Assembly: GCA_046327845.1 (NCBI GenBank)
Contig: JAXLXQ010000008.1
Coordinates: forward strand, 37,202-101,201
Direction of reading: 5' to 3'
Origin: Candidatus Eiseniibacteriota bacterium
GTDB lineage: Bacteria > Eisenbacteria > RBG-16-71-46 > CAIMUX01
Length of the DNA stretch: 64,000 bases
Every line of letters starts with the position of its first letter. Positions within the stretch are counted from its first letter, which is position 1. The notes under the pieces were generated by a model. It was given only the letters and a program-made list of their open reading frames with translations, was not told the DNA's origin and made no database searches. Positions 18,263 through 28,513 of the stretch are shown here, piece after piece. A program made the position numbers and the translations under genes.

Positions 18263-21127
18263 TCAGCGCGAGAGAAGCCGCTCCGCCTCGCGGGCCGCCA
18301 AGAGAATGCCGGAACGTTGGGCGAAGGCATGGACGCGTTCCGCCATTTCGCGCGCTTCCGCGCGACGGCCGGCGGCCAGGCCGACCTCGGCGCCGCGCAG
18401 CTCGACCCAGGCGCGCACCACATCGCTCTCGCTGAGAGCGAGCGCGGTTCGCGCCGACGCGAGGTCGGCCTCCGCCTCGTCGATCCGCTCGAGCGAAAGA
18501 TGCGCGAGCGACGCGAGGCTCGCGGCCAACGCCAGGTCATCCTTGCGGCCGAAGCGCGCCGCCCGCTCGCGCGACTCTTGCGCGAGGCTGAGGCACTCGC
18601 GCGGCCGTCCGTCGGCCAGCTCGATCTGCGCGAGGAGGTAGTAGCTCCCGAGCAGGCTCCACTCTTCATTGAGTTCGATCCGGAGGCGCAGTGACTCCTC
18701 CGCTTGCGCGCGCGCCTCGCTCAGGTCGCGGGCCCACAGCGCAACCTCGCCCAATCCGGCGAGGGCCCAACCGGTGAACTGCGGCCGCGCGATCGCCACC
18801 GCTTCCTCGCGCGACTGCTCGTAGCGAGCCCGCGCCGCCTCGAGGTCACCGCGAAGGAGCGCGATCTGTCCGTGCGACAGGCGCGCCGAGGCCAGGCGCA
18901 CGCGATCCCCGACCTCGGCGAAGACCGCGAGCGCCGCTTCCACCTCGCGCTCCGCCTCGGCCAGGCGACCCCACGCGACCAGCGCGAAGGCGCCGAAGAC
19001 CCGCGAGTGCGCGATCTGCACGGGATCGCCCGCCGCCTCCGCCAACTGTCGCGCTTCTTCGGCGCGCAGGTGCGCCTCCGCCTGACGGCCCCAAGTGGCA
19101 CAGGCATTCGCCAGGTTCTGGAGTGCGGTCAAGGTAGAGAGCGGATCGCCCAGCTCGCGTCCCAGGTCGATCGCTTCGCGATAGGCGGCGAGCGCGCCGG
19201 GGAAGTCTCCCTCGGTGCTGATCACGATGGCGTAGAGCGTCAAGGTTCGGACCAGGCTCCGAAGGTTGCCGAGTTCGCGGTGACCGGCGATCGCCTCTTC
19301 GCAGAAGCGGCGCGCGGTCGCGGCGTCGCCCCGCGCCATGTAGATGCCGGCGAGGTTCGAGACGGCGTTGGCGGCATGGCGACGCTGCCCGTGCGCCTGT
19401 GCGATCGCATGCGCCTCCTCGTACAGCGCCTTCGCCTCCTCCACTCGTCCGCGGCTGCGGAGGAGCACGCCCAGTGAGAAGAGGTTGACCGCGGTCCCCT
19501 GCGCGTCGCCGCGGAAGAGTTCGCGCGCGCGATTGAATTGCGCCTCCGATTCGTCGAAGCGACCGAGGTGAAAGAGCGCGGTGGCGAGGAGAAAGTGCCC
19601 CCGCGCCTCCAGTCGAAGCTCGCCTCGCAGCGTGGCCAGCTCGATGGCGTGAGTCGCGATCTCGCACTGCCGCGTGGTCTCGGACGCCAGCCAGGCCTGC
19701 TCCGCCTCGAGCAGCGCGATCCGTGGATCCTCTTCGCGGTCGAGCGTGCGCAGCTCCTCGATCGTCTCGAGCGCGTCCTTGGTCTGTCCGGCGTCGAGCT
19801 GAATCGCGGCCAACTCGAGCTTGAGCTCGACGCTCTCGGGATCGAAGAGCGCGAGCGTGCGCTGCAGCTCGATGGCGCGCGTCCACTCCGCGGCCAGGCG
19901 ACGGTAGCGCGCCTCGACCTCGAGGCGCTCGCGCCGACCCAGCTCGCCCGAGAGAAGGAAGGCCTGTCGCGCCGCCTCGGCCGCGCGCGTGGAGAAGCCG
20001 AGCGAGGAGAGCGCTTCGGCGCGCCCACTGTGGGCCAAGGCGGTGTTCGGCGCGCGCTCGATCGCCTGATCGAAGTGACCGAGCGCCGCCTCCGGCCGAA
20101 GCGCGGCCAACTCGCGCAGCCCCTCGTCAACGGCCGCTGCCGCGTCAAGGTCCAGAGGCCTTGCGCCCGAGTCGAGACGCGCCGCGAGCCAACCTCGATC
20201 CGACGCGCCCGCGGGTGACTCGGGTCTCGCCGCGCCAAGCGGGGCCGCGGGCGGCGCCAACGCCAGCGCCACCTCATCGGCGGAGGAGGGGCGCGCTTCC
20301 TCTCCCTCCGCCAGGCAATGCCGCAGGGTCGCCGCCACTCGCGAGGTCAACGTGGCCAGCCCCGCTTCGAATCGATCGCGATCGTCGAGCGGCGGTCGCT
20401 CGCCGATCAACATCTCGAACAGCACGATGCCGAAGGAGAAGAGATCCGCGGCCGGACCGACCTCGCGTCCCTCCCGCACCTCGGGCGCCAGATAAAGAGG
20501 ACTTCCCCAGCTCGCACCCGCGGCGCCGACCGGCGCGGCGATTCCGAAGTCGGTCACGACGACGCGAGCGGCAAGGAGGATGTTCTCGGGCTTCAGGTCG
20601 CGGTGCACCACGCCGGCCGCGTGCGCCGCCGCAAGCGCCGCCAGCACCTCGCGCGCGATCGGGAGCGCTGCCTCCTCGTCGAGATTGCCCTCTCGCGCGA
20701 GCCGCTGGTCGAGCCGCTCTCCGTCCAACAGCTCCATGGTGAGAAACGGGATCGGCGTCGCACCGCGACGCGGGTGAAGGCCGAGATCGAAGAGGCGACA
20801 GACGCCGGAATGGGTGACACGGCGCGCAAGCTGCACCTCGCTTCGCAGGCGCTCGAGCGCGCGTTCGTCGCCCGCAATCTCCGCGCGAAGGGTCTTGAGC
20901 GCGATCTCCTCGTTCAGCTCGAGGTCTCGAGCGGCGTACACCTCGCCCATGCCGCCGCGCGCGAGGAAGCGGGTGATGCGAAAGCGACCGGCCACGCGCT
21001 GGCCGACCCGGAAAGCGGCGCGAGCCGGCGCCGCCGGTGCGCGGGGCGGCGCCGGCCTTTGCCCCACCTCGAGCGGTACCGTCTCGGCTCCGCCGGGCGT
21101 CGGCGGACTGTCCCCTCGTCGTTTCAT
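18263..21127 (-). CDS. Ser/Thr protein kinase fused to a TPR-repeat domain (paralog of the downstream kinase)
   Basis: The kinase motifs are GGMGEVYAARD, ALK, HRDLKPENILL, DFGIA and YLAPE. A TPR array follows. The ATG start is at 21127. Confidence 0.88.
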   Translation of the reverse strand: MKRRGDSPPTPGGAETVPLEVGQRPAPPRAPAAPARAAFRVGQRVAGRFRITRFLARGGMGEVYAARDLELNEEIALKTLRAEIAGDERALERLRSEVQLARRVTHSGVCRLFDLGLHPRRGATPIPFLTMELLDGERLDQRLAREGNLDEEAALPIAREVLAALAAAHAAGVVHRDLKPENILLAARVVVTDFGIAAPVGAAGASWGSPLYLAPEVREGREVGPAADLFSFGIVLFEMLIGERPPLDDRDRFEAGLATLTSRVAATLRHCLAEGEEARPSSADEVALALAPPAAPLGAARPESPAGASDRGWLAARLDSGARPLDLDAAAAVDEGLRELAALRPEAALGHFDQAIERAPNTALAHSGRAEALSSLGFSTRAAEAARQAFLLSGELGRRERLEVEARYRRLAAEWTRAIELQRTLALFDPESVELKLELAAIQLDAGQTKDALETIEELRTLDREEDPRIALLEAEQAWLASETTRQCEIATHAIELATLRGELRLEARGHFLLATALFHLGRFDESEAQFNRARELFRGDAQGTAVNLFSLGVLLRSRGRVEEAKALYEEAHAIAQAHGQRRHAANAVSNLAGIYMARGDAATARRFCEEAIAGHRELGNLRSLVRTLTLYAIVISTEGDFPGALAAYREAIDLGRELGDPLSTLTALQNLANACATWGRQAEAHLRAEEARQLAEAAGDPVQIAHSRVFGAFALVAWGRLAEAEREVEAALAVFAEVGDRVRLASARLSHGQIALLRGDLEAARARYEQSREEAVAIARPQFTGWALAGLGEVALWARDLSEARAQAEESLRLRIELNEEWSLLGSYYLLAQIELADGRPRECLSLAQESRERAARFGRKDDLALAASLASLAHLSLERIDEAEADLASARTALALSESDVVRAWVELRGAEVGLAAGRRAEAREMAERVHAFAQRSGILLAAREAERLLSR

Positions 21128-21267
21128 GACGGTCCAGTGTACCGAAGTCGGGCCGCAAACAACTCCGTCGCATCACGCCCCGATACGTGGATGACCTCGC
21201 TTCCGGGCTCGCGGTCACCCGAAGGCGGTGGGTATGATTGTCGGTACCTAACCCCGAGGATCGATCG

Positions 21268-24200
21268 ATGCCGGCTTCCTTCGCCACGCCGGGTGGAACG
21301 CGGCCGCGTGCCGCGTGGCCGCTCCTGGTCCTGTTGCTCGCGCTCATCGCGCCGGGTTGCACCCGTGATGCCTCCTCTCCCAAGCGGAATGGCGTGCCGA
21401 TCGCGCTCCATCTGCGCTTCGCGGAGAGCGCCGCGCCGACCGCTGGGCCGACCGCTGCGCCGACCGCTGCGCCGACCGCCGAACGCGGTGTGGAGGCGGC
21501 CGAGATCGATGCCATCGAGCAGCTCGTGATCTCGGCCTACGAGAACGCCGAGTTCCCGGTCCTCCGCGCTAGCCAAACGATCGCGATCGCGCCGGGGCAG
21601 CAGCGATTCAGCGCGGAGCTCTCGGTGCCCCCGGCCGATAGCTACACGATCACCGTGGATGCCAACGGCGTTTTCGGGAGCGGCAACCGCGCCAGCCTTC
21701 CGGGCACGCTCTACTACGGTTCGACCGACCTCACCAACATCACCGCCGGCTCCTCTCCCAGCGCCGAGGTGGTGGTGCGCCGGATCGTACCGACGCCCGT
21801 GCTCGAGCGCAGCGCGGGGAGCAGCTACACCGTGCGCTGGAATGCCATCACCGGCGCCACCAACTATCGACTCCGCGAAACGTCGTCGGGCGCGCCCCAG
21901 GACATCGTGACCAGCGACGTCTCGGTCCCGATCGAGATTCGCGGACTGCGCGAGCGCTTCGGGCCGACCGCCGAGGCGGTGAGCTATCGCGTGCGCGCCG
22001 AGTTCGACGATCGCCTGCGCGAGAACTTCGCCTCGGCCTTCAGTGAGTCGGTGCAGGTGATCCTTCCCGGGAACGTGGCGCCGGCGGCGGTGGCCGATCT
22101 GGTAGTCGCGTCGGTCAGCCCGGACAGCGTGGTGCTCGAGTGGACATCGCCCGGCGACGACGGCACGGTGGGCCAGGCGCAGCGCTATGACCTCCGCTCT
22201 TCCTTTCAGCCGATCACCGAGCAGAACTTCGCGATCGCGACAGCGGTGCTCGGAACACCGGTCCCGAGCCCGGCCGGTCGCCGGGAACGCCTGATCCTCC
22301 GCGGGCTGCTCAACGACACCACCTACTTCTTCGCGCTCAAGACCGCGGACGAGGTCCCCAACTGGTCTCCCCTCTCGAACCTCACTCAGGTCACGACGCC
22401 GAACGCGGCCGATGTCACCCCGCCGGCCGGGGTCACCAACCTGTCGGCGATCGCGCTGCGTGACGGTGAGGTGGATCTCCGTTGGACCGCGACTGGTGAC
22501 GACGGGCAGATCGGCACCGCCGCGCGACGGGAGGTGCGTTGGAGTGCGGACCCGATCACCGAGAGCAACTTCGCGAGCGCGAACCTCGCGCCCGACGCGA
22601 GCGCTCCCTCCGCATCCGGCACGGTCGAGGGCCTGACGGTCCGTGATCTCCCCCGGCGCACGACGCTCAACTTCGCGCTTCGCACCATCGACGAGGCGAA
22701 CAACGCTTCGCCGATCTCGAACGTCCTCACCGTGACGCTGCCCGATCTGACCGCACCCGCCGCGATCACCGATCTGCGCGTGCAGGATGTCGGCGCCGCC
22801 AGCGTGGCCCTTGCGTGGACCGCGACCGGAGACGACGGCACGACCGGGCAAGCGGAAGGATACGACCTTCGCTTCTCCACCTCCGCGATCACCGAGTCGA
22901 ACTTCGGCCAGTCGGCGCAGGTCGGCGGTTTGCCGAACCCGGCACCGAGCGGCGACGAGGAGTCGGTCGTGGTCGGCAACCTCGACCCCAACACCACCTA
23001 CTTCTTCGCGATCCGCGTGAACGACCTCGCGGGGAACCTGTCTCCGCTCTCCAACGTGCCGAGCGCGACCACCGGCAGCCTCGTGCCGGCAGCGCCGAGC
23101 GACCTCATCGCCACCGCGATCACCGATACGACCGTCGCGCTCGACTGGATCGACCACGCGAGCAACGAGACCAGCTACGTGGTGGAGCGGGTGCGCCCGA
23201 GCGATCCGGGCCAGGTGGTCCGCTTCCTTCTCGGCCGGTCGTTCGACGGACACGTGACTTTCACCGACACGCAGGTCATCGATCGCACCGACTACCGATA
23301 TCGGGTGCTGGCTCGAAACGACGCCGGCGACTCCGCGCCGTCGAACGATCTCCTACTGCACACCGGAGTTCGCGCGCCGCGGGGACTCAGCATTTCCGAT
23401 CCGACCACCACCACGCTGCGATTGAGCTGGATCTACTCAGCGCTCGCGCCGGAGTCCTTCCGGATCGAACGCCGCACCGATCTCGGCGCGTGGGGCGTCG
23501 ACACCAGCGTGCAGGGCAGCTCCGTCGGCTACGTCGACGTCGGCCTCGATCCGTCGACCAACTACACGTATCGCGTCGTCGCCGTCGCCGACGGCCTCGA
23601 ATCGGCGCCTTCGAACGAGGCGAGCGGCCGGACGCTCGATCTTCTCGGCGTCTGCGACATCGCGCCCACGTCTCTCGACTTCGGCACGGTGTTCCTGCAG
23701 TCCGACTCGACCCGCACGCTCACGATCGAGAACATCGGGACCGGGCCGCTCGGGGTCGCACCGTCGCTCGAGAGCGGTTGCGTCGACTTCGCCATCGTGG
23801 GCGGCGGCGACCCGGTGACCCTGGGGCCGAACGAGCAGCGCCTGGTGTCGGTGCGCTTCACGCCGAGCGCGGCCGCGGCGCGTTCGTGCGACCTCCTGCT
23901 CGGAAACGACTGCAGCCGCGTTCCGCTCTCGGGCGTCGGCGCGTTGACGCCCGTGTGCGACGTCGCGCCTCTTCGATCGCGTACGGCGACCAGTTGGTCG
24001 GAACCAGCGCGACCCGCAACGTCACCATCCGAAACTCGGGCGGCGGTTTCCTCGACGGCGTGATTGCACAGCTGACCTGCGGTGATTTCGAGATCACCGC
24101 CGGTCTCGGCGCCTATCACCTGGCCGCGGGTGATTCGCTGCTCGTCGCGATCGCGTTCCACCCCGCGCAGGCCGGCGTGCAAGCCTGCAGCTTCGCGTCC

Positions 24201-25892
24201 GGCTGCGGCCTGTCGGTCGATCTCTCCGGCAACGGCGTGCTGGCGCCCCTCTGTCAGGTCTCGCCCCCCGGCATCGATTTCGGTCCGATCGACATCGGCT
24301 CTTCGATCTCCCGCAGCTTCACCATCACCAACATCGGCGGCGGGATCTTGAGCGGCACGGTGAGCGATCCAGGCGTTCCCGGCTTCTCGATCGGGGAAGG
24401 GCTCGGAGCCTACGATCTGCTGAACGGACAGAGCCGCCAGGTGACCGTGTCGTTTGCGCCGGTCGCGACCGGCGAGACGTCGTGCAGCGTCGATCTGGGG
24501 TCGGGCTGCGGCGAGGACGTGTTCTGCCAAGGCACCGGCACCCAGCCTCCGCTCTGCCAAGCTTCGACCTCGCTCTTGAACTTCGGGCTGGTCGACGTCG
24601 GGGACTTCGCCGACGACAGCTTTACCTTGACCAACGGCGGCGGCGGCACGCTCACGGGATCGATCATCCTCTCCGACTGCAACTACTGGACGGTGCTCTC
24701 CGGTGACGGTTCTTACAGTCTCGGCCCGGGCGAGCAGCGCACCGTCATTCTTCGCTTCACCCCGAACGGGCCGGGCGACTTCTTCGAGTGCGTGGTGGAC
24801 TTGGGGTGCGGCGAATCCGTGACGCTCCGCGGAACGGGCGTCGATCCGAATTCCTACTGGCTCGACACCTTCAATACGACGCCGCTCAACAACTACGTCG
24901 CGACGGTGCTCTATCAAGCACCGAATCTCTATGTGGGCGGCGACTTCACCGCAGCCCCGGGATTGCCGATCGATCACGTGGCCGCGTGGAGTGGTGGTTC
25001 CTGGAATGCGCTCGCCAATGGCTTGTCTGGGCACGTGCAGCAGCTCACCGCATGGAATTCGAACATCGTCGCGGTCGGCGACATGTTCGCTGAAGGAAAT
25101 CTCGCCGGCTTCGACGGCGGCGTGTGGGAGCTGCTCGGCGGCGGCACCGACACCGGTACCACCACCGCAGCCGACTTTGGTGGTGACCTGGTGATTGGTG
25201 GCAGCTTCAGCAACATCTTCATCGGCCCCGCCTCTCACGTGGCGCGACTCTCCAGCGCGGGCGGCGTCCTCGATTCGATGGGCACCGGCGTGGGCAATTT
25301 GCCGAACTGCCTCCAGGTGTACAACAACCAGCTCTTCATCGGCGGCTACTTCGGCCCGGAGAGCGCACCGCTCCAAGGCATCGGGCGATGGAACGGATCG
25401 AGCTGGGTCGGCGTCGCAGGCGGCGTCGGCGTGGACGGCAGCGACTGGGTGAACTGCATGACCGTCTGGAACAACCGGCTGGTCATCGGAGGCAGGTTCA
25501 CCACCGCGGGCGGCGTCTCCTGCAACAACATCGTGACGTACAACGGAAGCACCTTCCAGCGGCTCGGCACCGGCACCGACGACATCGTCTACGCCGTGGC
25601 AGTCTACCAAGGTGATCTGATCGCGGCGGGCGACTTCACCTCGGCGGGCGGCGTGTCCTGTTCGCACATCGCGCGGTGGGACGGCTCGCGCTGGAAGCCG
25701 ATGGGGAGCGGCATCAGCGGTGGTCTCGCGCGACCCTTCAGCATCGCGGTGGATGGGGACAACCTCTACGTCGGCGGATCCTTCTCGTCAGCGGGCGGGC
25801 ACTCTTCGCAGTACATGGCGCACTACTATCGACCTGTGCCGGCGGCGCGCGCGCCTTACGGCATTGGCCGCGGCAATTCACCCCAGCGGTAG
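21268..25892 (+). CDS. Giant (~1550 aa) surface lipoprotein with three GDDG-type Fn3-like repeats, two Fn3, at least six ASH/HYDIN-like Ig domains and a C-terminal beta-propeller-like repeat region; the reading frame is broken by a -1 frameshift near 23966
   Basis: The N-terminus is a lipoprotein-like signal (MPASFATPGGTRPRAAWPLLVLLLALIAPGC). Three repeats of ...LEWTSPGDDGTVGQAQRYDLR.S...ITE.NF... are followed by classic Fn3 (PAAPSDLIATAITDTTVALDW). The repeated CD[IV]AP..LDFG......S.T.TI.N.G.G domains continue seamlessly from the 21238 frame into the 22815 frame at ...PVCDVAP|SSIAYGDQLVG.... The C-terminal repeats are of the GG.F.SAGGVS...IA.WDGS.W type. Confidence 0.75.
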
Positions 25893-28438
25893 AGCGCGAC
25901 CAGATCGTCGCTCTCCACTACTCGGAAGTACGCGGTTCGGTAGAGCGCGGAACTCTTGCTTCCCGCGTCGACCGTGACGACGAGTCGATAGATCCCCGGC
26001 TCGAGATCGGTCACGCCGAGTGAACGCGCGACGTTCCACTGCGTCACCTTGCGGTGGTCGAGCCTCCAGCCGGCGCCGCGAAACGTCACGCGGTAGACTG
26101 GATCGCCGTCGTCGTTCAAACGCTCGATCGTGGTCGAGAACTCGACCGCCGGCTTGTCCCGCCCGCCCAGATCGAGGTTGTACAACTCGAAGTAGTAGGC
26201 GATCCGCTCGCCGCGCAGGAAGAGGCGGCTGGCCTTGGGCAGGGCATTCAGCTGTTCGAGGTCCGTTCCGTAGACCGTGAGCCCGGGTCGCAGCTCGCGC
26301 TCTTCCTGATCCGGCAGCGAGTCGCCGAAGGAAGTGAGGAGCATCAGGTCGGAGGCATCGAGGTCCTTGGGCGCGAAGGGGCGAAGGGTCAAGGTGTCGC
26401 CGTTGTCGGCGCTCAGCGCCACTACCCGCTCGCGCGCGTCCCGCAACGTGAGCAGCGAAGCGACGCGTACCCGCCCGGGAGCGACCTGCGTCAGGTGAGT
26501 CATGGCGGCGCGACGACGGAACTCCCAGTTGTCGCGCATCACGTCCTCGCGATCGAGCGTGAATCCGCGCGACGGCCCGGCCAACCATCGCCGCTTTCCC
26601 TCGCGACGTACGATGCGCGTGCTGTCGGGCGCGGCGTCCGGATCGCGGCGATCGCGGGCCCGCTCCTCGCGAAACAGCGTGAGGTCGACCGCGGCGCTGC
26701 CGTCGTAGCGCAGCCCCTGGAAGGGATACCGCACCGCGTAGTTCGGCAGCTCGGTGTCGAGCGCGATCCAGAGCTCCGTGCCGCCCTCCTCATCGCGAAA
26801 GCGCGAGACCTGTGTGTGGTAGTGATAGCCGCGACCGAGAAAGTCGAAGTTGAAGAGACGCTCCGGCCACTTCGGCGCCGTCAAGCTGTCCGGACAGTGA
26901 AACCTCGAAGTACCGGGCAGCTCCTGGAACTGAATCGTGCGCTCACTACGAAGACGATTGGCGGACACGTCGAGCGGGTCGGCGCCGTTGTCCAGAATCT
27001 GGTAGTGAAACCTCCACGTCTGATAGACGCCGAAGTCGAGCGTGGCCTGTGGTGCGCCCGGCAGATCACGCGTCCCGAGATGCTCCCAGCGCGTCGGCCA
27101 ACCAAAGCGGATCACGGCGCGCGCGGGCTCGGTCAGGGGACCGGGCGTGATCGGATGGATGTCGGAGAAGGCGAAGTACGACTCCGCGATTCGCCGCCGA
27201 TATTCGACGCGATTCTCGAGCACTCGCGGCGTCGCCCAGATCGGATCGGTCTCTTCCCAAAAGCGCGCGATCTGCTCGACCCGGTCCGATGCCCGGTCGT
27301 ATTCCTCGCGCTCACGCACGTTCCACTGGTCCCACGGCACGGACAGCCAAGAGGCGAGCTCACCGAGCGAGCGATCCTGCAGCGAGAGCGCAAGAGCGCG
27401 GTCGAGTTGTCGTGAAGCCTCCGGATAGTCGAGCGCGCGCGCTGCGCACAGGCCAAGCATCAGACGGGCCTCGACCTCGGTCGTGTGATCGGAGCGCTCG
27501 AGGCGGAGCGCATCCTGAGCCTCTCGCTCCGCCATCTCGAGGGAATCGGAGAAGAAGGCGAGACGCGAACGCTGCATGTGAACCCAGGGCGCCGCCGCGG
27601 TCCACCCGCCCTGGCGAAGCGCAATGCGCGAGGTCAACTCCTTCGCCCGCACCAAGGCGAGCGAGTCCCCCTCCATCGTCCAAACTCGCTCTTGCTTCCG
27701 CACGCGGGCGAGATCGATGGCGTCGTTCTCGGGGTTCACCCGATCCCAACGGGAGAGACGTTCGATCGCGTTCGAGCGAAAGCCGGCGAGGTCCTCGTAG
27801 GCCGCGAGCAGCAGCACTGGGATCGGGTTCGTCGGATCCCACTCAATCGACTGCTCGATGCGCGCGGCGGCGCCCACGCGCACGTCGACTCTTCCGTCGC
27901 GCCTTTCGACCAGGCCCCAGCGCTGGTAGAGGCGCGCGACTTGGGCGAAGAGGGCCGTGTCCTCCGGGCGCGCACGGTCGAGCCGTTGCCGCATGACCGC
28001 TCCGCCCGAGATCCCGAGGCGGTCGATGGCGGCGCGGATCGAGTCGGCCTCGGTGGAGAGCTCGAGCATGCGCGGCTCGGTGCGGGGGAGCGCGGCCTCC
28101 TGGTAGATGACGCGCATGATCCTCGAGATCGCCGCGAGCAGCTCGGGCGGTGACAGCTCTCCGCTCGCCAGTCTGGCGGGGCCGGTCGCGATCAGCTCTC
28201 GTTCGGGGTAGCTCGCCTCGCGCGGTGGGCCGGCCAAGGGGCGGCCGTTGGGTCCGATGAAGGGGCGATCCGGCACGTACGGCTCGGGGTCGCGATGAAC
28301 ACACCCGGCGAGGAATGCGAGAACGAGGAGCGCGACGATCGCGCCCCCGCGGGCGCCTCGGAGTGGGAACGCTCGACCCGCGTGACGCGGAACGAAGCTC
28401 GGCCCGTGTTGTTCGTCGCCCGTCTGGTCCGGTTGCAC
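25856..28438 (-). CDS. GWxTD-domain lipoprotein with TPR-like N-terminal region
   Basis: The N-terminus has a lipobox (VALLVLAFLAGC). The C-terminal half contains a GWxTD-like block (IRFGWPTRWEHLGTRDLPGAPQATLDFGVYQTWRFHY). The N-terminal half is TPR/helical repeats. Confidence 0.7.
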   Translation of the reverse strand: MQPDQTGDEQHGPSFVPRHAGRAFPLRGARGGAIVALLVLAFLAGCVHRDPEPYVPDRPFIGPNGRPLAGPPREASYPERELIATGPARLASGELSPPELLAAISRIMRVIYQEAALPRTEPRMLELSTEADSIRAAIDRLGISGGAVMRQRLDRARPEDTALFAQVARLYQRWGLVERRDGRVDVRVGAAARIEQSIEWDPTNPIPVLLLAAYEDLAGFRSNAIERLSRWDRVNPENDAIDLARVRKQERVWTMEGDSLALVRAKELTSRIALRQGGWTAAAPWVHMQRSRLAFFSDSLEMAEREAQDALRLERSDHTTEVEARLMLGLCAARALDYPEASRQLDRALALSLQDRSLGELASWLSVPWDQWNVREREEYDRASDRVEQIARFWEETDPIWATPRVLENRVEYRRRIAESYFAFSDIHPITPGPLTEPARAVIRFGWPTRWEHLGTRDLPGAPQATLDFGVYQTWRFHYQILDNGADPLDVSANRLRSERTIQFQELPGTSRFHCPDSLTAPKWPERLFNFDFLGRGYHYHTQVSRFRDEEGGTELWIALDTELPNYAVRYPFQGLRYDGSAAVDLTLFREERARDRRDPDAAPDSTRIVRREGKRRWLAGPSRGFTLDREDVMRDNWEFRRRAAMTHLTQVAPGRVRVASLLTLRDARERVVALSADNGDTLTLRPFAPKDLDASDLMLLTSFGDSLPDQEERELRPGLTVYGTDLEQLNALPKASRLFLRGERIAYYFELYNLDLGGRDKPAVEFSTTIERLNDDGDPVYRVTFRGAGWRLDHRKVTQWNVARSLGVTDLEPGIYRLVVTVDAGSKSSALYRTAYFRVVESDDLVALYRWGELPRPMP

Positions 28439-28513
28439 GGCACGACTCTATCGCGGCGCGATCTCGGCGCGCCACAGTTCCCCACCGGGTTGCCGACCGG
28501 CTAGACTCGGCCG

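Noticed and set aside
21124-25667. Two long minus-strand ORFs (709 aa and 701 aa) opposite the giant surface protein
   Set aside because: They are antisense to a gene with clear repeated domain structure, and their translations are junk.
26054-27415. 453-aa plus-strand ORF
   Set aside because: It is antisense to the GWxTD lipoprotein and shows no motifs.
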